From positions 2,242-66,241 of the forward strand of contig URPE01000002.1 in assembly GCA_900549625.1 (NCBI GenBank): a stretch of DNA of 64,000 nucleotides, given 5' to 3'. The position numbers and the translations under genes were made by a program. Shown piece after piece: positions 28,915 to 37,155 of the stretch. Positions within the stretch are counted from its first letter, which is position 1. The number at the start of each line of letters is the position of its first letter. The DNA comes from an uncultured Mycoplasmatota bacterium (lineage in GTDB: Bacteria > Bacillota_I > Bacilli_A > RF39 > UBA660). The notes below the pieces were generated by a model. That model worked only from the letters and a program-made list of their open reading frames with translations. It was not told the DNA's origin and searched no databases.

Positions 28915-29787
28915 TCACCTATTAATATTAGTTTTTTTACTTAAAACAAAATCACTAGCATTCTTAACAATTTTCATTCTACAATATTCACATACGCCAC
29001 TTGTATTCATTTTAAGTTCTGCCCCACAACCAGGACACTTAGTAATACTTTCATTTGCAACAACAAACGTCATTAGATAATGATTATTTACTTTACGAGA
29101 TTTATTACCTCTTATTACTTCACCAGTTTTTTCATTAATTACATAATCATAGAATGTAATATTTGCATACACTACGACACTTATAAGGTCATTATCTAAC
29201 TTAGCACTAGTAATTTTAATATCAATTGGATTAAAATCACTCATTACATTTTTACCATTTTTTAATTTTAAAGTATCTAACTGTGATATATAACTTTCTG
29301 CAAGTTCATCAGTACACATTTCTCTTAAAGCATCATAATTAAAGTTTTCCCAAGCATCTTGTATATCTTTAAATTTTTGATATAGTTTAAGTTTTAATTT
29401 TTCCAAATTTTCATTAGGTAAAACTTTTTGTAAATCTTCTAATGAAATATCTTTATAAGAATCATAATTATTACTTGAAGAAATATTATTACCTGATGTA
29501 GGCGAAGATTTTGACATCACAATCACAAAAACAACCATACCGCCTATCAAAAATATTGCTATGATAAATGTTTCACCAGCGCTTAAATTGCCTCCCCTAC
29601 TGCTACTACTGCCATATGAATAATCACTATCCCAAGAGCTACTACTTGATGAACTGCTACCCCATGAACTACCACTATCATAAGACGAATCCCAACCAGA
29701 ATCCGCTAATACATTTCTAACGCCAAATATAAATACAAACAAACACAAACATAGTGTCAAAAAATTTAATAATTTCTTTTTCATCAA
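28915..29787 (-). CDS. Membrane protein: Ser-rich ectodomain, TM, Tim44-like domain, zinc ribbon
   Basis: Signal/TM, then DSGWDSSYDSGSSWGSSSSSSSSWDSDYSYGSSSS, a second TM, a block FKDIQDAWENFNYDALREMCTDEL... (Tim44-like pattern), and CPGCGAELKMNTSGVCEYCR. Confidence 0.6.
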   Translation of the reverse strand: MMKKKLLNFLTLCLCLFVFIFGVRNVLADSGWDSSYDSGSSWGSSSSSSSSWDSDYSYGSSSSRGGNLSAGETFIIAIFLIGGMVVFVIVMSKSSPTSGNNISSSNNYDSYKDISLEDLQKVLPNENLEKLKLKLYQKFKDIQDAWENFNYDALREMCTDELAESYISQLDTLKLKNGKNVMSDFNPIDIKITSAKLDNDLISVVVYANITFYDYVINEKTGEVIRGNKSRKVNNHYLMTFVVANESITKCPGCGAELKMNTSGVCEYCRMKIVKNASDFVLSKKTNINR

Positions 29788-29876
29788 AGCACTTCCTTAT
29801 AATAAAAAGTATACAAGAATAATAGTAAAATAACAAGAGTTCTAAATAAAAAAAATATTCATAAACTTAACTAGAG

Positions 29877-30242
29877 GTGATAATTATAAACGGTAGTTTT
29901 TTTAGTAATCCTACATTTCCAAGTGCATCAAGCGCAGCACCCATAACACCACCAGGTAATATCTCAGTCGAACAATCATACCCATTAGAACAAAGTTTAA
30001 TAGAAAATATATTAAGATTAAACAAAGGAAAACTAGTAAAAGTATATGCTTCATTCCCTGATTCTAATGAATGGCGTGACAAAATATATACCGGTGTTAT
30101 AGAACAATCTGGAAGAGATCATTTAATTCTTTCTAACCCTAATAATGGCACATGGTATTTAATTCGTATGTTATATATTAACTTTGTTGAATTTAATGAG
30201 AAAATAAATTACAATGTGGATTACTCAGATACATTTGATTAG
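29877..30242 (+). CDS. Spore coat protein GerQ-like
   Basis: SLIENILRLNKGKLVKVYASFPDSNEWRDKIYTGVIEQSGRDHLILSNPNNGTWYLIRMLYINFVEF closely follows my recollection of the Bacillus GerQ core. The exact start codon is uncertain (GTG 29877 overlaps the SD-like AGAGG). Confidence 0.65.
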   Translation: MIIINGSFFSNPTFPSASSAAPITPPGNISVEQSYPLEQSLIENILRLNKGKLVKVYASFPDSNEWRDKIYTGVIEQSGRDHLILSNPNNGTWYLIRMLYINFVEFNEKINYNVDYSDTFD

Positions 30243-30269
30243 CAATTAGAAAAATCTAATTGTTTTTTT
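30243..30269 (+). terminator. Intrinsic terminator after the GerQ-like gene
   Basis: CAAUUAG-AAAAAU-CUAAUUG followed by U7. Confidence 0.7.
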
Positions 30270-30308
30270 CTAGTCTTATTTGTATTTTCTTTTCTTTTTC
30301 TAATTCTT

Positions 30309-31092
30309 TTAAAGATTTTTTTGGCGTTGGTAATTATGAAGACTTACGCCGCCATTTTTAATAATAACATCACGAATATTCTTGCCAATATTATAATGTG
30401 TTTGATTTGCATCATCTTCACTAGAAATATTATCTTTTTTTAACTTTGCTTCAGTCTGCGTTATCCTAAAAAGATTGGCCGCTAAGTCTTCACTGCCCAT
30501 ATTATCTAAAATATCTTCACGATATCTTAATTTTTTTCTTTTAGCAATATCATTTACCGTTTCACCATTATATAGTCCCTTATATCCAGCATTTTGGAAT
30601 TTATCAAAATTTTTAACGCCACAATTTTTAGCCGTTTGATTTAAAGAATAATTACCCTTTTTAGTTAAATATCTTTGAGTAAATCTTTTTTCTTCTTCAG
30701 TTAAATTAACATATTCTTTTTCACTTAATTCCTGTTTTCTAGTTTGCACAGCAAAATACGTTTGTCCTAAAGCAACAACCTTTTTTCTAGCATCTGCATT
30801 TTGAACTATCAAATAACAAGCGTATCTTGATAATTCATAATCAACTTGTTTTCTTTTAGCACCAGAGCCTATTTCTACCATTTTGTCGGCTTGGACAAAA
30901 TGGTCTAGTACATTAATATTGCTATTATTACATGCATTCATAGCTTTATCCCATTACTCCAGAAAACTTCCTCCACTCTTTATACTCAAGAGCCACTTAC
31001 AATTCTCTAGCATACCAATACTCTTTTCCATATTCATTAATATGTTTAATACTTTCAAAAGTTGTTTCATTATATTCACTTATTTGATTCAT
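30309..31092 (-). pseudogene. dinD: DNA-damage-inducible protein D (DinD-family) gene, disrupted
   Basis: The 210-aa ORF (..VDYELSRYACYLIVQNADARKKVVALGQTYFAVQTRKQE..) lacks the N-terminus. Upstream I read MNQISEYNETTFESIKHINEYGKEYWYAREL, then TAA (30997-30999), then VALEYKEWRKFSGV, then a frameshift into WDKAMNACNNS. Confidence 0.75.
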
Positions 31093-31287
31093 TAAAGCCT
31101 CCATATTCTATATATTTACTATTGAAGAATAATCATTATTTACTTTTGTACATATTTAACTTTTATCAAAATAATACCTCAGTAGTTTTCTTACACTATT
31201 AAATAAATAATCTTCAAAATGTATGCTAGTTATATTAAAGGATTAAAAACCATATGCCAGCACTTTTTCGAACGCTTGTTCTAAACT

Positions 31288-31797
31288 TTATAAAGTATTT
31301 AAGAAATATTCCAAATTATCTTTTTCATCACGAATAGTTGTAGGTGCTCCATGCCCAGGATATAAAATCGTATCTTCTAAATCACTATCTAAAAACATTT
31401 TTATACTTTTTTTCATTTCTTCGTTATTACCACCTAAATCAGTTCTACCAATACTCCCTTTAAATATAAAGTCTCCTACGAAAATAGCATTAATATCTCG
31501 AAAACAAAAAGACTTAGAATCCTTCGTGTGTCCTGGTGTATTTATTATTTCACACTGAAAACCTTTAGGTATTACATTAACTTGTAACCCATATTTATCT
31601 TTTAAATAATCTAAAGCCCCAATATGATCAAAATGATAATGTGTAACTAAAAGCCCAACAACTTTTTTAGTACTCAAAACATCTAATATCTTTTCTTTTT
31701 CATCACCTGGATCTATTACTATCGCCTCATTATTTTCATTAACTAAAATATAGCAATTTTCTTGTAGCTCACCTACAACAATTCTAATAAGTTTCAT
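31288..31797 (-). CDS. MBL-fold metallo-hydrolase (small glyoxalase II-like)
   Basis: THYHFDHIG motif and downstream PGH / D / H ligands. Start at ATG 31795-31797 after GGGTGA. Confidence 0.85.
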   Translation of the reverse strand: MKLIRIVVGELQENCYILVNENNEAIVIDPGDEKEKILDVLSTKKVVGLLVTHYHFDHIGALDYLKDKYGLQVNVIPKGFQCEIINTPGHTKDSKSFCFRDINAIFVGDFIFKGSIGRTDLGGNNEEMKKSIKMFLDSDLEDTILYPGHGAPTTIRDEKDNLEYFLNTL

Positions 31798-31856
31798 ATG
31801 TATCACCCTAAACCAAGTTTATCATAAAAAGAATTAAATTAATAACCCTAATAAAT

Positions 31857-31943
31857 TTATGATGTAAAGATGAATGGATTATTCTTAGTTCCAGACCCAT
31901 TAACACTCAAAGTACTTTTTAAATTTATAACTGGTCTTAAGCC
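31857..31943 (-). pseudogene. 3'-terminal remnant of a paralog of the surface-protein gene 21877-23226
   Basis: Own translation GLRPVINLKSTLSVNGSGTKNNPFIFTS* compared with the C-terminus GLRPVINLKNTLKFTGDGTKNNPYVPSL* gives 18/28 identical. A stop codon lies immediately upstream, so only ~29 codons remain. Confidence 0.7.
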
Positions 31944-32150
31944 AAATGACTATAAACCAAATGAAATTTTATATTTTATAAGGCAAAGCACAGGTAAAAC
32001 ACAAAAAGAATTTGCCCAAACAATTAACAAATCAAAAGATTGAGAACAATCTAATGAACTAGGAAGAAGTAACTTTCTCTTTAAAGACTTACTAGAACTT
32101 GCTAAAATACACAATATTGAAATAATTATTCAAGAAAAAAAGAAAAATTA
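31870..32150 (+). pseudogene. XRE-type HTH gene interrupted by in-frame TGA
   Basis: ATG 31870...NEILYFIRQSTGKTQKEFAQTINKSKD-TGA(32041-32043)-EQSNELGRSNFLFKDLLELAKIHNIEIIIQEKKKN*. The HTH pattern continues across the stop (TGG->TGA would fit). Its first ~25 codons are antisense to the remnant above. Confidence 0.6.
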
Positions 32151-32266
32151 ATATAAGCTGTTTTAATAATTTAATAACCATAAGACTTTAAAATAAATAA
32201 AAAATATTGTATCAAAAAAAGCCATGTATAACTACAATGACTTAAAACAAATTAAATTTATAAAAA

Positions 32267-33898
32267 TCACTTATTAGCCAAAACTATTGCTAATATTACT
32301 CCAATCATAAGTGTAAATATTATAACAACAAAGCAATTAAAATAACCATTTACTGCTCTTTTCCTAGTTAAACCTTGATCTTTTTTATATGGTTCTAAAT
32401 TCCCATTTGAAACTCTATATTCATAATTATTAGATGCTAGTAATTCATTTAAATATTCCTCATTTAAAGACTTTTGTCCATCATCATTTATATAAAAATA
32501 CTTTTTATTATATATTTCAAGTAATTTTTTTAAACATTCATTTTCATTATCATAATCAGGTTCTCTACCATGCTGTTTAGTAAAAGAATCAATATAATGT
32601 CTTATCTCATTATCTATATCATTTCTAACAAAACCCAAAATATCTATAAAAGATTTATCACTACTATAATACTGAGCCACAGTACTTAGCAATTCGAAAT
32701 GCTTATCCATAGCAAATGGTTTATCTTTAATTTGCTTTATTTGCCAAATATACATTCTAAAAGCGTTTATAAAAGAAAGAAATTGAGCACTAAAAGTATA
32801 GTCTTTGATTATCTTAATTTCATTTCTAGATTCCAAATAATGAAGCAAATCTAGCGCTTTAAAAGACACCTGTTCAGTTGGCACTAGTGAGTATGAAGAA
32901 ATCCACTCACCATTAGGAGCCTTAGTACTTGGTTCTAAATACTCCACAAATTTATCTTCAGGCAATTTATATATAGATATATATTTAGAATCTAAAGTTT
33001 CATCTATTGTGCCTGGAAATATTTCTTTAATCGCATTTTTTTCTCTTGGAAATAAAGTAGATGAACGAAATGTAGCCATTTTAAAACAATCAACAGGATC
33101 TATTCCTCCATAAACATATTTTCCTTTTTGAGTACTTTCGTTTACCTCTAATTTTTCAATACAAGGATTTAAAGAAGCATGAAATATATTTTTTTCTCCA
33201 TTATGAAAAGCACTAATCCATTCATCTAATAGCTTATAATTATTTAAAATTATTTTCCCTTCTAACTCTTCTTTATTGTGGATCATAGCCAAATTATAAT
33301 CAGCTAAAAAAGCATTGCTAAAACTTAAAACAGTTTTTGCCTCTTTAATTCTAAGTTTATTAATGTCACATCCCCCAACTGGTGCTGGATAATTAATCCT
33401 ATTTCTATCAAGAGCATCAGCATCTTTCAAAATATCACTCATTTTTTGAACTTTCATTTTTTCTATATCAGTAATTTTTACGTTGGAAAAATCAATTTTA
33501 TTTTCTTCTAAAGCATGCTGCTTTATTAATATGGAAATAATAGTGGCCCTTTTATAATCCAAATCATCAACATGATTATCTAAAAATTGTTTTGCACCAA
33601 CAAATCCATGCGTTTGATTAGAGGCACCTAATGTTTTACCAATATCATGATACAAAGCTGCCGTCAAAAGTAATTCTAAATCAATATCTTCACTATTCAA
33701 CTTATTAGCAATCATGCAAATGTAAGCAAGTACTCTTTCTATATGTAGCAAATTATGTTGAAAATCCTTTGTAGACGTATATAGTCCTTCATTAATAGCC
33801 TTAGCAACAAGTACAGCAATTTTATTTTGATCATCTTTTGTTAAACCATATTTATTAAGTTGCTCCAGCGTAAAAAGATTAATATAACTTTTTTCCAT
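32267..33898 (-). CDS. HD-domain phosphohydrolase-superfamily protein with C-terminal membrane anchor
   Basis: 543 aa. N-terminal HD module (LLHIERV...LYHDIGK...THGF...KQHALE...LKDADALDRNR), ~330 aa unassigned, then a C-terminal TM FNCFVVIIFTLMIGVILAIVLA. Confidence 0.8.
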   Translation of the reverse strand: MEKSYINLFTLEQLNKYGLTKDDQNKIAVLVAKAINEGLYTSTKDFQHNLLHIERVLAYICMIANKLNSEDIDLELLLTAALYHDIGKTLGASNQTHGFVGAKQFLDNHVDDLDYKRATIISILIKQHALEENKIDFSNVKITDIEKMKVQKMSDILKDADALDRNRINYPAPVGGCDINKLRIKEAKTVLSFSNAFLADYNLAMIHNKEELEGKIILNNYKLLDEWISAFHNGEKNIFHASLNPCIEKLEVNESTQKGKYVYGGIDPVDCFKMATFRSSTLFPREKNAIKEIFPGTIDETLDSKYISIYKLPEDKFVEYLEPSTKAPNGEWISSYSLVPTEQVSFKALDLLHYLESRNEIKIIKDYTFSAQFLSFINAFRMYIWQIKQIKDKPFAMDKHFELLSTVAQYYSSDKSFIDILGFVRNDIDNEIRHYIDSFTKQHGREPDYDNENECLKKLLEIYNKKYFYINDDGQKSLNEEYLNELLASNNYEYRVSNGNLEPYKKDQGLTRKRAVNGYFNCFVVIIFTLMIGVILAIVLANK

Positions 33899-33918
33899 TT
33901 ATTAACACTACCTTTCAA

Positions 33919-34305
33919 TCAACTAGTAAATCTTAGTAAATACCCATCTGGATCTTGTATTAAAAATTCTTTATCTTGATAGACTTCATCATCAACCTTA
34001 TATTCACTAACTTTAAGTTCTCTAAAAATATGTATATCTAATTTCTTCACTTTTTGATAAAGAGCATCTATATCACTAACTTCCATACTTAAATTAATAC
34101 CATTTCCAAAAGGATACGAAAGTTTACCAACACTCCAATTATTATTTATTTCTTCTATCATAATCTGATTATTTTCGTATTCTAAAAAAACAAACTTATT
34201 TTCTTTTCTCTCATACTTAACATTAAATCCTAAAAGAACATAAAACTTAGTACTAGTTAGAATATTCGTAACACTAAGCTCTGGTATCAACGAATTAAAT
34301 TTCAT
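33919..34305 (-). CDS. Glyoxalase/bleomycin-resistance (VOC) family protein
   Basis: 128 aa with the small beta-alpha-beta-beta-beta duplicated pattern, ending ...FLIQDPDGYLLRF. Confidence 0.7.
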   Translation of the reverse strand: MKFNSLIPELSVTNILTSTKFYVLLGFNVKYERKENKFVFLEYENNQIMIEEINNNWSVGKLSYPFGNGINLSMEVSDIDALYQKVKKLDIHIFRELKVSEYKVDDEVYQDKEFLIQDPDGYLLRFTS

Positions 34306-34418
34306 CTTATCACTCCTACCATATATAAAATTATAAAATAATTATTAAAAATCAGCAATGAAATAATGCAAATAAAAAAAAACTATGATAAAATTAAATT
34401 AAGTTAGGAGAATAAAAA

Positions 34419-34964
34419 ATGGAACCATTAAATATAATTTTATTAATAACTATAATTGTTGGCTTACTTGCAATTTTATATATTACAATATATAACAAAT
34501 TGCAAACAGAAAAATCAAAAATAGAACATGTAGAAAGTCTAATAGATAACGCTTTAAGAGAAAAATTTGATTTAGTAAAAAGATCTAACTTAGTAATATT
34601 AGAAGTACTTAAAACTAAAAAAGAATATTTAAAAGAATACATTGCCTTAGAAACCCAAGATATTTCTAACTTTGACTTAGAACGTGAACTAAAAACAGCC
34701 GAAAGCATTATAAACAATCTTTTTCACGATCACGAAGATTTAGAAAGCAATGAAAATATGATAAATATAATTCATGATTTCAAAGAATGTAATGAAAAAC
34801 TAACCGCATGTATTTTATACTATAACAAAGAGGTAGCTATTTTAAATAATATAACTAGAAAATTTCCTAATAATATTGTTGCTAAAATTCATCATATCAA
34901 AATAAAACCATTCTTTGACGGTAAAGATATGCAAGATGATAATAATAATGATTTCAAATTCTAA
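34419..34964 (+). CDS. LemA-family membrane protein
   Basis: N-terminal TM, then YNKLQTEKSKIEHVESLIDNAL...YYNKEVAILNNITRKFPNN (LemA pattern). Confidence 0.7.
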   Translation: MEPLNIILLITIIVGLLAILYITIYNKLQTEKSKIEHVESLIDNALREKFDLVKRSNLVILEVLKTKKEYLKEYIALETQDISNFDLERELKTAESIINNLFHDHEDLESNENMINIIHDFKECNEKLTACILYYNKEVAILNNITRKFPNNIVAKIHHIKIKPFFDGKDMQDDNNNDFKF

Positions 34965-34987
34965 AAAAAGACGAAAGTCTCTTTTTT

Positions 34988-35653
34988 TTATTCAACTCTC
35001 GCCCAATTAATCTCTTTTAAATTTTTACTTTTTAAAAATTCATTTGTTCTAGAAAATGGCTTGCTTCCGAAAAAACCATAACGAGCTGAAAAAGGACTTG
35101 GATGAGGAGACGTTATAACAAAGTGGATTGGATTAGTTATAAACTTCATTTTTTCCTTAGCAAAATTTCCCCATAATATAAACACTACTGGCGTATCCTT
35201 TTCATTAACAAGTTTAATAATATAATCAGTAAGTCTTTCCCAGCCTAATTTTCTATGTGAAGCCGGTTTATCTTTCTCAACTGTTAAAACAGCATTTAAT
35301 AAAAGTACCCCTTCTTTTGCCCAGCCAGTTAAATCTCCATCGCTCCGTGGTGGTATTCCTAAATCGCTATATAATTCTTTATAAATATTTTGTAATGATG
35401 GAGGTACTTTAATACCCTTTTGCACTGAAAACGAAAGTCCATGTGCTTCACCTTCACCATGATACGGGTCTTGTCCCATAATAACCACTCTTACATCCCT
35501 AAAAGGGGTCAATTTAAGTGCATTAAATATATAACCCTTTGGTGGAAAAATAGTTTTCGTAGCATATTCATGTTTAACAACACCCATAAACTTTTTAAAT
35601 CCATCACTTTCTTCTACAACTCTTAATTTTTCATCCCAATCATTACCTATCAT
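34988..35653 (-). CDS. ung: Uracil-DNA glycosylase (family 1)
   Basis: VVIMGQDPYHGEGEAHGLSFSV...HPSPFSA motifs. Start at ATG 35651-35653 after GGAGTG; the track ORF is over-extended. Confidence 0.93.
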   Translation of the reverse strand: MIGNDWDEKLRVVEESDGFKKFMGVVKHEYATKTIFPPKGYIFNALKLTPFRDVRVVIMGQDPYHGEGEAHGLSFSVQKGIKVPPSLQNIYKELYSDLGIPPRSDGDLTGWAKEGVLLLNAVLTVEKDKPASHRKLGWERLTDYIIKLVNEKDTPVVFILWGNFAKEKMKFITNPIHFVITSPHPSPFSARYGFFGSKPFSRTNEFLKSKNLKEINWARVE

Positions 35654-35720
35654 ACTTTCACTCCTATCGCTATAAATTATCGCAAAACAAATATTTAAAG
35701 TCAACTAAAAAAAGAGCCTA

Positions 35721-36758
35721 CTATGACTCTAAAAATTCAAAATTACACATTATCCTTTCTTTAACGGTAATTCTAGGCATCACCCCTATTTTACCCTGAT
35801 ACTCTATTTCAATTGGTTCTATCTGTACAACATTATTAACCCCTTCAAAAATAAACTCACCATACATACTAATTAATTCTTTATAATTATTAGTAATAAA
35901 ATAACTTATAGTATTATTATTAGAAGCATACTCTATAAAATCATCTATAAAAGGAATTTTAGGTATTTTATTTAAATTATCAAATATTAACACCAAACTA
36001 GTATCTTTTTCTTTTTTAGTCAAAACTTGTTTTAATAATACTAAACCTAAAGAACTATTTTTACCAGTCCCTGAAAAGAAAATAGCAGTTTTATCTCTTT
36101 TACATAAATCTATTTCATTAGTACTTACTAAATCTAACATAGCAGGTCTAAAAATATAACTACTTAAAGCTGACTTAAGTGTTGCAAATATTCCACTTCT
36201 TGTTTCTATTGGTGCAAAAATACTAGCAGAACCAAAACTATATATTGGGTCTATCACGTCTAATTTACTTAAATATTTTCTTAAATCTTCAATAAGTTTA
36301 TTTTGATCTTCATCAATTTTTCTTAAAAGATTAACTATACTATAAAAATTTATTTCTTCCTTCTTGCCTTCTTTAAATAACAAAAGAATTAAAGAACATA
36401 ATAAATCTCTAGCATTATTATCCCAAAAATCAGTTACATTATCACTAGTATTAACCATAGATACCCCAAGCTCTTGAATAAGCAATAAAGCCTTATCAAC
36501 ATTACCATTTTTATATAACGAATAAGGAATACTTAGTATATTAAAGCCATTAGAATTTTCTGGTTCATCTAGCCGTACCATTTTAATAGTATAATGAGAA
36601 TCCTTTAAATCATTATAAAAGTAATTATAATATTCTTCTTTATTATCCCAAATAAATAGCTTCTCACCATTACTTATCATTTCTTTAACCTGGTTAAACA
36701 TATAACCTCTTGTTTTACCACTATCAGGTTTGCCAATAATTAAATTTGTATTTTTCAT
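35721..36758 (-). CDS. Orphan VirD4/TraG-like (type IV coupling protein-like) P-loop NTPase, no TM segment
   Basis: Walker A IIGKPDSGKT. Central FWDNNARDLLCSLILLL block and C-terminal LVLIFDNLNKIPKIP...ELISMYG parallel T4CP conserved blocks (xxLDEFxxLGxIP...YG), but with DN in place of DE. Confidence 0.55.
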   Translation of the reverse strand: MKNTNLIIGKPDSGKTRGYMFNQVKEMISNGEKLFIWDNKEEYYNYFYNDLKDSHYTIKMVRLDEPENSNGFNILSIPYSLYKNGNVDKALLLIQELGVSMVNTSDNVTDFWDNNARDLLCSLILLLFKEGKKEEINFYSIVNLLRKIDEDQNKLIEDLRKYLSKLDVIDPIYSFGSASIFAPIETRSGIFATLKSALSSYIFRPAMLDLVSTNEIDLCKRDKTAIFFSGTGKNSSLGLVLLKQVLTKKEKDTSLVLIFDNLNKIPKIPFIDDFIEYASNNNTISYFITNNYKELISMYGEFIFEGVNNVVQIEPIEIEYQGKIGVMPRITVKERIMCNFEFLES

Positions 36759-36764
36759 TTATAA

Positions 36765-37142
36765 TCAATCCTTCCTTCTTAAGAGTACATCTTCTACTCT
36801 TTCTTTATAAATCATACCATGAGCTATTCTTGTTCTAAGTTCATCAAGTTTTTTAATTCTCTCATTTAATAGTTTTTGTTCTTGAAACACTTTTTCTTTT
36901 TGTCTCAAAAAATATTCATCATTCCAATTATTCCAGTTATCTCTAATTTCTAAAAGTGAAAACCCAGCTTCCTTTAGTTCCATAATTAGATATATATCAT
37001 CAAGCTGTTCTTCTGTGTAATATCTATATCCACTAAAAAGATCTATTTCACTTGGTTTAAACAAGTCAATATCATCATAATAACGTAAGGTTTTAACTGG
37101 TATATTACATAGTTTAGAAAACTCTCCTATCTTTAATTTCAC
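36765..37142 (-). CDS. MerR-family transcriptional regulator
   Basis: MKLKIGEFSKLCNIPVKTLRYYDDIDLFKPSEIDLFSGYRYYTEEQL (MerR HTH plus wing), then a coiled-coil dimerisation helix. GTG start after GGTGAGG. Confidence 0.9.
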   Translation of the reverse strand: MKLKIGEFSKLCNIPVKTLRYYDDIDLFKPSEIDLFSGYRYYTEEQLDDIYLIMELKEAGFSLLEIRDNWNNWNDEYFLRQKEKVFQEQKLLNERIKKLDELRTRIAHGMIYKERVEDVLLRRKD

Positions 37143-37155
37143 TTACCTCACCAAC

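Noticed and set aside
32041-32043. An in-frame TGA inside an HTH gene at a position where Trp would fit, suggesting possible genetic code 4 (TGA = Trp, Mollicutes-like).
   Set aside because: All long housekeeping genes in the window are intact under the standard code and use TGG for Trp. Several genes end with TGA (for example the 1369-aa gene and the LysM-G5-M23 peptidase gene at 46682-46684). The only tRNA-Trp seen has anticodon CCA, not UCA. A nonsense mutation in a decaying gene is the simpler reading.
34394-34717. A 107-aa minus-strand ORF.
   Set aside because: It is antisense to the LemA-family gene 34419-34964, which has a clear family pattern. The product is low-complexity Ser/Phe/Ile-rich.
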